Origin: Eledone cirrhosa
Lineage: Eukaryota
DNA length: 64,000 nucleotides
Assembly (NCBI GenBank): GCA_964016885.1
Contig: OZ024764.1
Span: 24,056,001 to 24,120,000 of the forward strand
Reading direction: 5' to 3'
Shown here: in pieces, positions 25,081 to 38,520 of the stretch
Position numbering within the stretch: position 1 is the first letter of the stretch
Layout: every line of letters starts with the position of its first letter
Position numbers and translations under genes: made by a program
Notes under the pieces: model-generated
Databases searched by the model: none
The model's input: only the letters and a program-made list of their open reading frames with translations
Told to the model about the DNA's origin: nothing

Positions 25081-28000
25081 TGGAGGCATTTAGACATGGT
25101 GGCATTTCGACATGGAGTCGTTTAGACATGGAGGAATTTAGACATGGTGGCATTTAGACATGAAGGCATTTAAACATGGTGGCATTTAGACATGGAGGAA
25201 TTTAGACATGGAGTCGTTTAGACATGGAGTCGTTTAGACATGGAGGGATTTAGACATGGAGGCATTTAGACATGGAGGCATTTAGACATGGAGGCATTTA
25301 GACATGGAGGCATTTAGACATGGAGGGATTTAGACATGGAGGCATTTAGACATGGAGGCATTTAGACATGGAGGCATTTAGACATGGAGGCATTTAGACA
25401 TGGAGGGATTTAGACATGGAGGCATTTAGACATGGTGGCATGGAGGGATTTAGACATGGAGGGATTTAGACATGGAGGGATTTAGACATGGAGGGATTTA
25501 GACATGGAGGGATTTAGACATGGAGGCATTTAGACATGGAGGCATTTAGACATGGAGGCATTTAAACATGGTGGCATTTAGACATGGAGGCATTTAGACA
25601 TGGAGGCATTTAGACATGGAGGCATTTAGACATGGAGGGATTTAGACATGGAGGCATTTAGACATGGAGGGATTTAGACATGGAGGCATTTAGACATGGA
25701 GGGATTTAGACATGGAGGCATTTAGACATGGAGGGATTTAGACATGGAGGCATTTAGACATGGAGGGATTTAGACATGGAGGCATTTAGACATGGAGGGA
25801 TTTAGACATGGAGGCATTTAGACATGGAGGGATTTAGACATGGAGGCATTTAGACATGGTGGCATGGAGGGATTTAGACATGGAGGGATTTAGACATGGA
25901 GGGATTTAGACATGGAGGGATTTAGACATGGAGGGATTTAGACATGGAGGCATTTAGACATGGAGGGATTTAGACATGGAGGCATTTAGACATGGAGGGA
26001 TTTAGACATGGAGGCATTTAGACATGGAGGGATTTAGACATGGAGGGATTTAGACATGGAGGGATTTAGACATGGAGGGATTTAGACATGGAGGCATTTA
26101 GACATGGTGGCATTTAGACATGGTGGCATGGAGGGATTTAGACATGGAAGGATTTAGACATGGAGGGATTTAGACATGGAGGGATTTAGACATGGAGGGA
26201 TTTAGACATGGAGGCATTTAGACATGGAGGGATTTAGACATGGAGGGATTTAGACATGGAGGGATTTAGACATGGAGGGATTTAGACATGGAGGGATTTA
26301 GACATGGAGGCATTTAGACATGGAGGGATTTAGACATGGAGGGATTTAGACATGGAGGGATTTAGACATGGAGGGATTTAGACATGGAGGGATTTAGACA
26401 TGGAGGCATTTAGACATGGTGGCATTTAGACATGGAGGGATTTAGACATGGAGGCATTTAGACATGGAGGCATTTAGACATGGTGGCATTTAGACATGGA
26501 GGCATTTAGACATGGAGGCATTTAGACATGGAGGCATTTAGACATGGAGGGATTTAGACATGGAGGCATTTAGACATGGTGGCATTTAGACATGGAGGCA
26601 TTTAGACATGGAGGCATTTAGACATGGAGGGATTTAGACATGGAGGCATTTAGACATGGTGGCATTTAGACATGGAGGCATTTAGACATGGAGGCATTTA
26701 GACATGGAGGCATTTAGACATGGAGGGATTTAGACATGGAGGCATTTAGACATGGTGGCATTTAGACATGGAGGCATTTAGACATGGAGGGATTTAGACA
26801 TGGAGGGATTTAGACATGGAGGGATTTAGACATGGAGGCATTTAGACATGGAGGGATTTAGACATGGAGGGATTTAGACATGGAGGCATTTAGACATGGA
26901 GGGATTTAGACATGGAGGCATTTAGACATGGAGGCATTTAGACATGGAGGCATTTAGACATGGAGGGATTTAGACATGGAGGCATTTAGACATGGAGGCA
27001 TTTAGACATGGAGGCATTTAGACATGGAGGGATTTAGACATGGAGGCATTTAGACATGGAGGGATTTAGACATGGAGGCATTTAGACATGGAGGCATTTA
27101 GACATGGAGGCATTTAGACATGGAGGGATTTAGACATGGAGGCATTTAGACATGGAGGGATTTAGACATGGAGGCATTTAGACATGGAGGCATTTAGACA
27201 TGGAGGGATTTAGACATGGAGGGATTTAGACATGGAGGCATTTAGACATGGAGGGATTTAGACATGGAGGCATTTAGACATGGAGGCATTTAGACATGGA
27301 GGCATTTAGACATGGAGGCATTTAGACATGGTGGCATTTAGACATGGAGGCATTTAGACATGGAGGGATTTAGACATGGAGGCATTTAGACATGGAGGCA
27401 TTTAGACATGGAGGCATTTAGACATGGTGGCATTTAGACATGGAGGCATTTAGACATGGAGGGATTTAGACATGGAGGGATTTAGACATGGAGGGATTTA
27501 GACATGGAGGCATTTAGACATGGAGGGATTTAGACATGGAGGGATTTAGACATGGAGGCATTTAGACATGGAGGGATTTAGACATGGAGGCATTTAGACA
27601 TGGTGGCATGGAGGGATTTAGACATGGAGGGATTTAGACATGGAGGGATTTAGACATGGAGGGATTTAGACATGGAGGGATTTAGACATGGAGGCATTTC
27701 GACATGGTGGCATTTAGACATGGAGGCATTTAGACATGGAGGCATTTAGACATGGAGGCATTTAGACATGGAGGGATTTAGACATGGAGGCATTTAGACA
27801 TGGTGGCATGGAGGGATTTAGACATGGAGGAATTTAGACATGGAGGGATTTAGACATGGAGGGATTTAGACATGGAGGCATTTAGACATGGAGGGATTTA
27901 GACATGGAGGGATTTAGACATGGAGGCATTTAGACATGGAGGGATTTAGACATGGAGGCATTTAGACATGGTGGCATGGAGGGATTTAGACATGGAGGGA

Positions 28001-28266
28001 TTTAGACATGGAGGGATTTAGACATGGAGGGATTTAGACATGGAGGGATTTAGACATGGAGGCATTTCGACATGGTGGCATTTAGACATGGAGGCATTTA
28101 GACATGGAGGCATTTAGACATGGAGGCATTTAGACATGGAGGGATTTAGACATGGAGGCATTTAGACATGGTGGCATGGAGGGATTTAGACATGGAGGAA
28201 TTTAGACATGGAGGGATTTAGACATGGAGGCATTTAGACATGGAGGGATTTAGACATGGAGGCATT
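25081..28266. repeat. 16-bp minisatellite (~200 copies; tttagacatggagg[c/g]a)
   Basis: Direct inspection; two main variants interspersed. Confidence 0.97.
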
Positions 28267-28328
28267 GAAGTAGAGAGTGTGTGTGTGTAGGTGTGAGTGT
28301 GATGGACAGATAAGTAGAGAGTGGGGGG

Positions 28329-28381
<53 letters not shown>

Positions 28382-28395
28382 CTGTTATAAATAAA

Positions 28396-29888
28396 GCACC
28401 CAGTCCACCCTGTAAGATGGTAGTGCTGGTGACACAACAAAAAACACCCAGTCCACCCTGTAAGGTGGTAGTGCTGGTGTCACAACAAAAAACACCCAGT
28501 CCACCCTGTAAGATGGTAGTGCTGGTGACACAACAAAAAACACCCAGTCCACCCTGTAAGATGGTAGTGCTGGTGACACAACAAAAAACACCCAGTCCAC
28601 CCTGTAAGGTGGTAGTGCTGGTGACACAACAAAAAACACCCAGTCCACCCTGTAAGGTGGTAGTGCTGGTGTCACAACAAAAAACACCCAGTCCACCCTG
28701 TAAGATGGTAGTGCTGGTGACACAACAAAAAACACCCAGTCCACCCTGTAAGGTGGTAGTGCTGGTGACACAACAAAAAACACCCAGTCCACCCTGTAAG
28801 GTGGTAGTGCTGGTGTCACAACAAAAAACACCCAGTCCACCCTGTAAGGTGGTAGTGCTGGTGTCACAACAAAAAACACCCAGTCCACCCTGTAAGGTGG
28901 TAGTGCTGGTGTCACAACAAAAAACACCCAGTCCACCCTGTAAGGTGGTAGTGCTGGTGACACAACAAAAAACACCCAGTCCACCCTGTAAGGTGGTAGT
29001 GCTGGTGTCACAACAAAAAACACCCAGTCCACCCTTTAAGGTGGTAGTGCTGGTGTCACAACAAAAAACACCCAGTCCACCCTGTAAGATGGTAGTGCTG
29101 GTGACACAACAAAAAACACCCAGTCCACCCTGTAAGGTGGTAGTGCTGGTGACACAACAAAAAACACCCAGTCCACCCTGTAAGGTGGTAGTGCTGGTGA
29201 CACAACAAAAAACACCCAGTCCACCCTTTAAGGTGGTAGTGCTGGTGTCACAACAAAAAACACCCAGTCCACCCTGTAAGGTGGTAGTGCTGGTGACACA
29301 ACAAAAAACACCCAGTCCACCCTGTAAGGTGGTAGTGCTGGTGACACAACAAAAAACACCCAGTCCACCCTGTAAGGTGGTAGTGCTGGTGACACAACAA
29401 AAAACACCCAGTCCACCCTGTAAGGTGGTAGTGCTGGTGTCACAACAAAAAACACCCAGTCCACCCTGTAAGGTGGTAGTGCTGGTTTCACAACAAAAAA
29501 CACCCAGTCCACCCTGTAAGGTGGTAGTGCTGGTGACACAACAAAAAACACCCAGTCCACCCTGTAAGGTGGTAGTGCTGGTGTCACAACAAAAAACACC
29601 CAGTCCACCCTGTAAGTTGGTAGTGCTGGTGTCACAACAAAAAACACCCAGTCCACCCTGTAAGGTGGTAGTGCTGGTGACACAACAAAAAACACCCAGT
29701 CTACCCTGTAAGGTGGTAGTGCTGGTGTCACAACAAAAAACACCCAGTCCACCCTGTAAGGTGGTAGTGCTGGTGACACAACAAAAAACACCCAGTCCAC
29801 CCTGTAAGGTGGTAGTGCTGGTGTCACAACAAAAAACACCCAGTCCACCCTGTAAGGTGGTAGTGCAGGTGACATGATAAAATACACA
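28396..29888. repeat. 48-bp minisatellite A (~31 copies)
   Basis: Unit cacccagtccaccctgtaaggtggtagtgctggtgtcacaacaaaaaa. Confidence 0.97.
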
Positions 29889-30285
29889 ATAAATGCAGAC
29901 AATGGATGCTGTACGCTCTCTTCCTGCAGTAAATGTGGCCGAAACTAGAGTACGGGTATAAACTTATGTTAGCCATTTACATGTGTTGTATCGAGGCAAA
30001 TAACTTTGTGTCTACTCTGGCATTTTTACATAACCTTACCTATTGAGTACTCTGAGATGCAACCAGCACTAGCAGAGAAACCTTACGATGGCCCCGTTAA
30101 CCTATCGGTAGAGAGTCGGACGCCATGCTTTCCAGCATAGAGTTACGTCCCTTTACGATCTGAGTTCAAATCCCGCCGAGGTTGACTTTGCCTTTCATCC
30201 TTACGGGGTCGATAAAATAAAGTACCAGTAATGCACTGGGTAATTGCTGGCCTTGTGCCTAAAGTCGAAACAATTATATATATAT

Positions 30286-30632
30286 GGAGGCACATGGCTT
30301 AGTGGTTAGAGCATTGGCCTTGCAATCGAAAGATTGTGAGTTCAATTCTCAGACTGGGTGATGCGTTGTTTCCTTGAGCAAGACACTTTATTTCACATTG
30401 CTCCAGTTTACTCAGCTGTAGAAATGAGATGATAGGGACTGGAGTCCCTATCATTCCACTGCAAAGTGGTCGTGGAGGTGCCACGGCAAAAAAGCACCCA
30501 GCACTCACTGTAAATGAGGTTGGTGTTAGGAAGGGCATCCAGCTGTAGAAATCAATCCAGTATCAGTTCCCGTCCCACCCTTGCAAGCAGGGAAAAGCGG
30601 ACGTAAAATGAAATGATGATGATGATGATGAT
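30286..30632 (+). mobile_element. tRNA-derived SINE with RTE-derived 3' end and (GAT)n tail
   Basis: ggaggcacaTGGCTTAGTGGttagagc...GAGTTCAATTC (pol III A/B boxes); central ccttgagcaagacact; 3' ggtgttaggaagggcatccagc.gtagaaa...gcaagc...ggacgt...gatgat shared with the RTE 3' UTR. Confidence 0.85.
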
Positions 30633-31002
30633 ATATATTATTTATCATCATCATCAACATCATCGTTTAATGTCTATCTTCCATGTTGGCCTGGGTTAGA
30701 TGGGAATTGTCCCACTTGAGGCAAGATTGGTCGGGTGACCATGTCTCACCCTTATAGGGCTATCTGGCAGGTTTTCTAAGGAAATACAAAGTTTAGATGA
30801 TAAAGTCCTTTATTGATAAGGCTGTAATACATATTTCGATAGTGACAGTGGCCACGCGATTCCGTGTAGTACCCAGTGCCGTGATCTCATCAGACTGCTT
30901 CTTACATAAGGTTACAATCAAAGATATAATCCAAAATTGAAGTGACAAGGGAACGGACAAACAGCAATGTTCGTGAATCAAATGCCCGATATTATATATA
31001 TT

Positions 31003-31785
31003 ACTAGCAGCAGTACCCAGCGTTGCCTGGGTAGGTAAAATAATATCTGCTTTGATGAAAAGGTGTTGATCTTAGCGACTGCTTCTCGATGACATCTATG
31101 GCCACACAGGCCATGCGGGGGAGGGTGGTGATGGCCTCTATCACTGAGTAACGCGGGTCACTGATGAAGGGGCATGCTGGGGGAGGGAGTTTCGAATTTG
31201 AACGAAATCGGTTGAAAAATGTGGGAGCTAGAGCGAAAAGGTGGTATTTTTGAATATTTAAGCAACTGCCACGCCATTCCTGAACAAAACATCCAAAATG
31301 TAAAGCCACTTTAAGACGTGAAATAATCAGATCTAGCGTAGTGTAAAATTTAAACAAAGTAGGTTGATTAATGTGGGAGCTAGAGCCGAGAAAGGTGGAA
31401 ATTTGAGTCTAAAAGTGGTATTTTTGAATATTTAAGCGGCTGCCACACCATCCCTGAACAACAAATGTAAAATATAAAGCCATTACAAGATGTGCAATGA
31501 TAAATTCTATTTTGCTTTAAAATTTGAACGAAATCGGTGGCAAAATGTGGGAGCTAGAGCCAAAAATCTTATTTTTTGATACCTAAAAAAAGTGATCCCC
31601 CCCTCCTATCGATTTTTATCTGCAGAATGACCCCGGAATAAAAAAATCGATACACTGATATATAGAAAACACTCCCCGATGACTAATCTATGAGCCTGTA
31701 AAGTTTCATGAAAATCGGTCGTAAGATGTAGGCCCCTATAGGTAACGCACAGACACATACACACACACATACTTAATTTTATATA
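31003..31785 (+). mobile_element. Putative non-autonomous Helitron/Helentron (DINE-like) element
   Basis: 5' actagcagcagtacccagcgttgcctgggta hairpin; internal repeats of aatttgaacgaaatcgg...aatgtgggagctagagc; 3' aaagtttcatgaaaatcgg...(ca)n...ttttatata. Confidence 0.6.
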
Positions 31786-31882
31786 TATCCATATATATAT
31801 ATAAAATATATATATGGAGCGAGGGGCGGGGGGGGGGGGCAAATACAAAAAGATGTAACAACATTTAGCCTACTACACCTAC

Positions 31883-31988
31883 CTCCTCTAGATGCCGGTA
31901 TTTCACTTGCAGTTGCTGCATTTGACTGCATTTCTCCTTGCACTCCCGCTGAAGACGGATCAACTCAGTATTCTCCTCCACGTTAACC
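31883..31988 (-). CDS. RPGRIP1L: RPGRIP1L coding exon (106 nt; VNVEENTELIRLQRECKEKCSQMQQLQVKYRHLEE)
   Basis: ttgtag acceptor, GAG|gtaggt donor; phase 2 to 0; resembles '[35 protein letters not shown]'. Confidence 0.9.
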
Positions 31989-32019
31989 CTACAAACAGAT
32001 CGAAAGATATTTAGTTTTG

Positions 32020-35000
32020 TATAATACACCCAGTACACTCTGTAAAGTGGCAGTGTTGGAGTCATGATATAATACACCCAGTACACTCCGTAAAGTGGTA
32101 GTGTTGGTGTCATGATATAATACACCCAGTACACTCTGTAAAGTGGTAGTGTTGGTGTCATGATATAATACACTCAGTACACTCTGTAAAGTGGCAGTGT
32201 TGGTGTCATGATATAATACACCCAGTACACTCTGTAAGGTGGTAGTGTTGGTGTCATGATATAATACACTCAGTACACTCTGTAAAGTGGCAGTGTTGGT
32301 GTCATGATATAATACACCCAGTACACTCTGTAAAGTGGCAGTGTTGGTGTCATGATATAATACACCCAGTACACTCTGTAAAGTGGTAGTGTTGGTGTCA
32401 TGATGAAATACACCCAGTACACTCTGTAAAGTGGTAGTGTTGGTGTCATGATAAAATACACCCAGTACACTCTGTAAAGTGGTAGTGTTGGTGTCATGAT
32501 ATAATACACCCAGTACACTCTGTAAAGTGGTAGTGTTGGTGTCATGATATAATACACCCAGTACACTCTGTAAAGTGGCAGTGTTGGTGTCATGATAAAA
32601 TACACCAAGTACACTCTGTAAGGTGGTAGTGTTGGTGTCATGATATAATACACCCAGTACACTCTGTAAAGTGGCAGTGCTGGTGTCATGATAAAATACA
32701 CCCAGTACACTCTGTAAAGTGGCAGTGTTGGTGTTATGATATAATACACCCAGTACACTCTGTGAAGTGGTAGTGTTGGTGTCATGATATAATACACCCA
32801 GTACACTCTGTAAAGTGGTAGTGTTGGTGTCATGATATAATACACCCAGTGCACTCTGTAAAGTGGTAGTGTTGGTGTCATGATAAAATACACCCAGTAC
32901 ACTCTGTAAAGTGGTAGTGTTGGTGTCATGATAAAATACACCCAGTACACTCTGTAAAGCGGTAGTGTTGGTGTCATGATAGAATACACCCAGTACACTC
33001 TGTTAAGTGGTAGTGTTGGTGTCATGATAAAATACACCCAGTACACTCTGTAAAGTGGTAGTGTTGGTGTCATGATAAAATACACCCAGTACACTCTGTA
33101 AGGTGGCAGTGTTGGTGTCATGATATAATACACCCAGTACACTCTGTAAAGTGGTAGTGTTGGTGTCATGATATAATACACCCACTACACTCTGTAAAGT
33201 GGTAGTGTTGGTGGCATGATATAATACACCCAGTACACTCTGTAAAGTGGTAGAGTTTGTATCATGATAAAATACACCCAGTACACTCTGTAATGCGGTA
33301 GTGTTGGAGTCAAGATATAATACACCCAGTACACTCTGTAAAGTGGTAGTGTTGGTGTCATGATATAATACACCCAGTACACTCTGTAAAGTGGTAGTGT
33401 TGGTGTCATGATAAAATACACCCAGTACACTCTGTAAAGTGGCAGTGTTGGTGTCATGATAAAATACACCCAGTACACTCTGTAAAGTGGTAGTGTTGGT
33501 GTCATGATAAAATACACCCAGTACACTCTGTAAGGTGGCAGTGTTGGTGTCATGATATAATACACCCAGTACACTCTGTAATGCAGTAATGTTGGTGTCA
33601 TGATATAATACACCCAGTACACTCTGTAATGCAGCAGTGTTGGTGTCATGATATAATACACCCAGTACACTCTGTAAAGTGGTAGTGTTTGTATCATGAT
33701 AAAATACACCGAGTACAGTCTCTAATGCGGTAGTGTTGGAGTCATGATATAATACACCCAGTACACTCTGTAAAGTGGTAGTGTTGGTGTCATGATATAA
33801 TACACCCAGTACACTCTGTAAAGTGGCAGTGTTGGTGTCATGATAAAATACACCCAGTACACTCTGTAAAGTGGTAGTGTTGGTGTCATGATATAATACA
33901 CCCAGTACACTCTGTAAAGTGGCAGTGTTGGTGTCATGATAAAATACACCCAGTACACTCTGTAAAGTGGTAGTGTTGGTGTCATGATATAATACACTCA
34001 GTACACTCTGTAAAGTGGTAGTGTTGGTGTCATGATATAATACACCCAGCACACTCTGTAAAGTAGTAGTGTGGGTGTCATGATATAATACACCCAGTAC
34101 ACTCTGTAAAGTGGTGGTGTTGGTGACATGATATAATACACCCAGTACACTCTGTAAAGTAGTAGTGTTGGTGTCATGATAAAATACACCCAGTACACTC
34201 TGTAAAGTGGTAGTGTTGGTGTCATGATAAAATACACCCAGTACACTCTGTAAAGTGGTAGTGTCGGTGTCATGATAAAATACACCCAGTACACTCTGTA
34301 AAGTGGTAGTGTTGGTGTCATGATATAATACACCCAGTACACTCTGTAAAGTGGCAGTGCTGGTGTCATGATATAATACACCCAGTACACTCTGTAATGC
34401 GGTAGTGTTGGTGTCATGATATAATACACCCAGTACACTCCGTAAAGTGGTAGTGTTGGTGTCATGATATAATACACCCAGTACACTCTGTAAAGTGGTA
34501 GTGTTGGAGTCATGATATAATACACCCAGTACACTCTGTAAAGTGGCAGTGTTAGTGTCATGATATAATACACCCAGTACACTCTGTAAAGTGGTAGTGT
34601 TGGTGTCATGATATAATACACCCAGTACACTCTGTAAAGTAGTAGTGTTGGTGTCATGATATAATACACCCAGTACACTCTGTATAGTAGTAGTGTTGGT
34701 GTCAGTATATAATACACCCAGTACACTCTGTAAAGTGGTAGTGTTGGTGTCATGATATAATACACCCAGTACACTCTGTAAAGTGGTAGTGTTGGTGTCA
34801 TGATATAATACACCCAGTACACTCTGTAAAGTGGTAGTGTTGGAGTCATGATATAATACACCCAGTACACTCTGTAAAGTGGCAGTGTTGGTGTCATGAT
34901 ATAATACACCCAGTACACTCTGTATAGTCGTAGTGTTAGTGTTATGATATAATACACCCAGTACACTCTGTAAAGTGGTAGTGTTGGGGTCATGATGAAA

Positions 35001-37712
35001 TACACCCAGTACACTCTGTAAAGTGATAGTGTTGGTGTCATGATATAATACACCCAGTACACTCTGTAAAGTGGTAGTGTTGGTGTCATGATATAATACA
35101 CCCAGTACACTCTGTAAAGTGGTAGTGTTGGTGTCATGATATAATACACCCAGTACACTCTGTATAGTAGTAGTGCTGGTGTCATGATAAAATACACCCA
35201 GTACACTCTGTAAGGTGGTAGTGTTGGTGTCATGATATAATACACCCAGTACACTCTGTATAGTGGTAGTGTTGGTGTCATGATAAAATACACCCAGTAT
35301 ACTCTGTATAGTGGTAGTGTTGGTGTCATGATATAATACACCCAGTACACTCTGTAAAGTGGTAGTGTTGGTGTCATGATACAATACACCCAGTACACTC
35401 TGTATAGTAGTAGTGCTGGTGTCATGATATAATACACCCAGTACACTCTGTATAGTAGTAGTGCTGGTGTCATGATATAATACACCCAGTACACTCTGTA
35501 AAGTGGTAGTGTTGGTGTCATGATATAATACACCCAGTACACTCTGTAAAGTGGTGGTGTTGGTGTCATGATATAATACACCCAGTACACTCTGTATAGT
35601 AGTAGTGTTGGTGTCAGTATATAATACACCCAGTACACTCTGTAAAGTGGTAGTGTTGGTGTCATGATATAATACACCCAGTACACTCTGTAAAGTGGTA
35701 GTGTTGGTGTCATGATATAATACACCCAGTACACTCTGTAAAGTGGTAGTGTTGGAGTCATGATATAATACACCCAGTACACTCTGTAAAGTGGCAGTGT
35801 TGGTGTCATGATATAATACACCCAGTACACTCTGTATAGTCGTAGTGTTAGTGTTATGATATAATACACCCAGTACACTCTGTAAAGTGGTAGTGTTGGG
35901 GTCATGATGAAATACACCCAGTACACTCTGTAAAGTGATAGTGTTGGTGTCATGATATAATACACCCAGTACACTCTGTAAAGTGGTAGTGTTGGTGTCA
36001 TGATATAATACACCCAGTACACTCTGTAAAGTGGTAGTGTTGGTGTCATGATATAATACACCCAGTACACTCTGTATAGTAGTAGTGCTGGTGTCATGAT
36101 AAAATACACCCAGTACACTCTGTAAGGTGGTAGTGTTGGTGTCATGATATAATACACCCAGTACACTCTGTATAGTGGTAGTGTTGGTGTCATGATAAAA
36201 TACACCCAGTATACTCTGTATAGTGGTAGTGTTGGTGTCATGATATAATACACCCAGTACACTCTGTAAAGTGGTAGTGTTGGTGTCATGATACAATACA
36301 CCCAGTACACTCTGTATAGTAGTAGTGCTGGTGTCATGATATAATACACCCAGTACACTCTGTATAGTAGTAGTGCTGGTGTCATGATATAATACACCCA
36401 GTACACTCTGTAAAGTGGTAGTGTTGGTGTCATGATATAATACACCCAGTACACTCTGTAAAGTGGTGGTGTTGGTGTCATGATATAATACACCCAGTAC
36501 ACTCTGTAAAGTGGCAGTGCTGGTGTCATGATATAATACACCCAGTACACTCTGTAATGTGGTAGTGTTGGTGTCATGATATAATACACCCAGTACACTC
36601 TGTAAAGTGGTAGTGTTGGTGTCATGATATAATACACCCAGTACACTCTGTAAAGTGGTAGTGTTGGTGTCATGATATAATACACCCAGTACACTCTGTA
36701 AAGTAGTAGTGTTGGTGTCATGATATAATACACCCAGTACACTCTGTAAAGTAGTAGTGTTGGTGTCATGATATAATACACCCAGTACACTCTGTAAAGT
36801 GGTGGTGTTGGTTTCATGATATAATACACCCAGTACACTCTGTAAAGTGGTAGTGTTGGTGTCATGATATAATACACCCAGTACACTCTGTAAAGTGGTG
36901 GTGTTGGTGACATATAATACACCCAGTACACTCTGTAAAGTGGTGGTGTTGGTGTCATGATATAATACACCCAGTACACTCTGTAAAGTGGTGGTGTTGG
37001 TGTCATGATATAATACACCCAGTACACTCTGTAAAGTGGTAGTGTTGGTGTCATGATATAACACACCCAGTACACTCTGTAAAGTGGTGGTGTTGGTGAC
37101 ATATAATACACCCAGTACACTCTGTAAAGTGGTGGTGTTGGTGTCATGATATAATACACCCAGTACACTCTGTAAAGTGGTGGTGTTGGTGTCATGATAT
37201 AATACACCCAGTACACTCTGTAAAGTGGTCGTGTTGGTGTCATGATATAATACACCCAGTACACTCTGTAAAGTGGTGGTGTTGGTGACATGATATAATA
37301 CACCCAGTACACTCTGTAAAGTGGTAGTGTTGGTGTCATGATATAATACACCCAGTACACTCTGTAAAGTGGTGGTGTTGGTGTCATGATATAATACACC
37401 CAGTACACTCTGTAAAGTAGTAGTGTTGATGTCATGATATAATACACCCAGTACACTCTGTAAAGTGGTAGTGTTGGTGTCATGATATAATACACCTAGT
37501 ACACTCTGTAAAGTGGTGGTGTTGGTGTCATGATATAATACACCCAGTACACTCTGTAAAGTGGTAGTGTTGGTGTCATGATATAATACACCCAGTACAC
37601 TCTGTAAAGTAGTAGTGTTGATGTCATGATATAATACACCCAGTACACTCTGTAAAGTGGTAGTGTTGGTGTCATGATGAAATACACCCAGTACACTCTG
37701 TAAAGTGGTGGT
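32020..37712. repeat. 48-bp minisatellite B (~118 copies) filling an entire intron
   Basis: Unit cacccagtacactctgtaaagtggtagtgttggtgtcatgatataata; 912-bp (19-mer) higher-order duplication. Confidence 0.98.
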
Positions 37713-37743
37713 GGTTATAAGCAGCAGCAGCACTCCAGCTTAC

Positions 37744-37814
37744 CTTTGATCAGAGTTCATCTGTAACTTTAGCAAGGTAAGATCTTCTTGATACTGGATT
37801 TCTTTCATACGGGT
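37744..37814 (-). CDS. RPGRIP1L: RPGRIP1L coding exon (71 nt; TRMKEIQYQEDLTLLKLQMNSDQ-R)
   Basis: caacag acceptor after a CT-rich tract, AG|gtaagc donor; 23 codons + 2 nt; resembles vertebrate '[24 protein letters not shown]'. Confidence 0.85.
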
Positions 37815-37819
37815 CTGTT

Positions 37820-38128
37820 GGAGAGAGAGAGAGAGGGAGAATGAGTGAGTGAGGGGGAGAGGGGGGAGAGCGAGAGGGGAGGGAGAGAGAGGAGAGAGGA
37901 GAGAGAGAGAGAGAAGAGAGAGGATAGGAAGAGGAGAGAGAGAGGATAGAGAGGGGAGAGAGAGAGAGGAGAGAGGATAGAGAGAGAGGGGAGAGAGAGC
38001 GAGGAGAGAGAGAGAGAGGGAGAATGAGTGAGTGAGGGAGAGAGAGAGAGGAGAGAGAGAGAGGATAGGAAGAGGAGAGAGAGGATAGAGAGAGAGGGGA
38101 GGGAGAATGAGTGAGTGAGGGGGAGAGT

Positions 38129-38172
<44 letters not shown>

Positions 38173-38263
38173 AGGGAGCGAGAGAGAGAGGATAGAGAGA
38201 GAGGGGAGAGAGAGAGAGAGGATAGAGGGGAGAGAGAGAGAGAGGAGAGGGAGAGAGAGAGAG
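37820..38263. repeat. GA-rich low-complexity tract (the polypyrimidine tract of the minus-strand exon)
   Basis: Direct inspection. Confidence 0.9.
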
Positions 38264-38352
38264 GATGCCCTTCCTAACACCAACCACATTTACAGTGTGG
38301 ACAGTGAGCCATTTAACCATGTCACGTCCCTTCAATCTATCTTATTTCTAAT

Positions 38353-38390
38353 TCTTTCTGATGAAGGACTAGCGTCCGAAACGTTAAGAC
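38353..38390 (+). ncRNA. Minimal hammerhead ribozyme motif
   Basis: tcttt-CTGATGA-a-ggac-tagc-gtcc-GAAACGTT-aaga; palindromic ACGT stem III; weak stem I; degenerate relative at ~214-245 (CTGAAGAaggacctatgtct...). Confidence 0.65.
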
Positions 38391-38520
38391 CCTCTTCCTG
38401 CTATATCAAGCATTAACCTAATATATCCCTTCCATATACTGTACCGATTGTGTTGTTATTTTTGTTTACCTTTTACATATATATATGTATAAAGCAGACC
38501 CAGAAAAACCTGGGACGACT

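Noticed and set aside
19555-29888. CRISPR-like regular arrays
   Set aside because: Head-to-tail repeats with no unique spacers, no cas genes, eukaryotic context
30286-30360. tRNA gene
   Set aside because: A/B boxes present but no convincing acceptor stem; continues into a SINE body and LINE-like tail
31155-31210. CTGATGA motif in the Helitron-like element
   Set aside because: No stem II or correctly placed GAAA/stem III; chance match
33003-37733. 1576-aa and 1165-aa repetitive ORFs
   Set aside because: 48-bp unit is a multiple of 3 and open in more than one frame; bounded by host splice sites, so an intronic satellite
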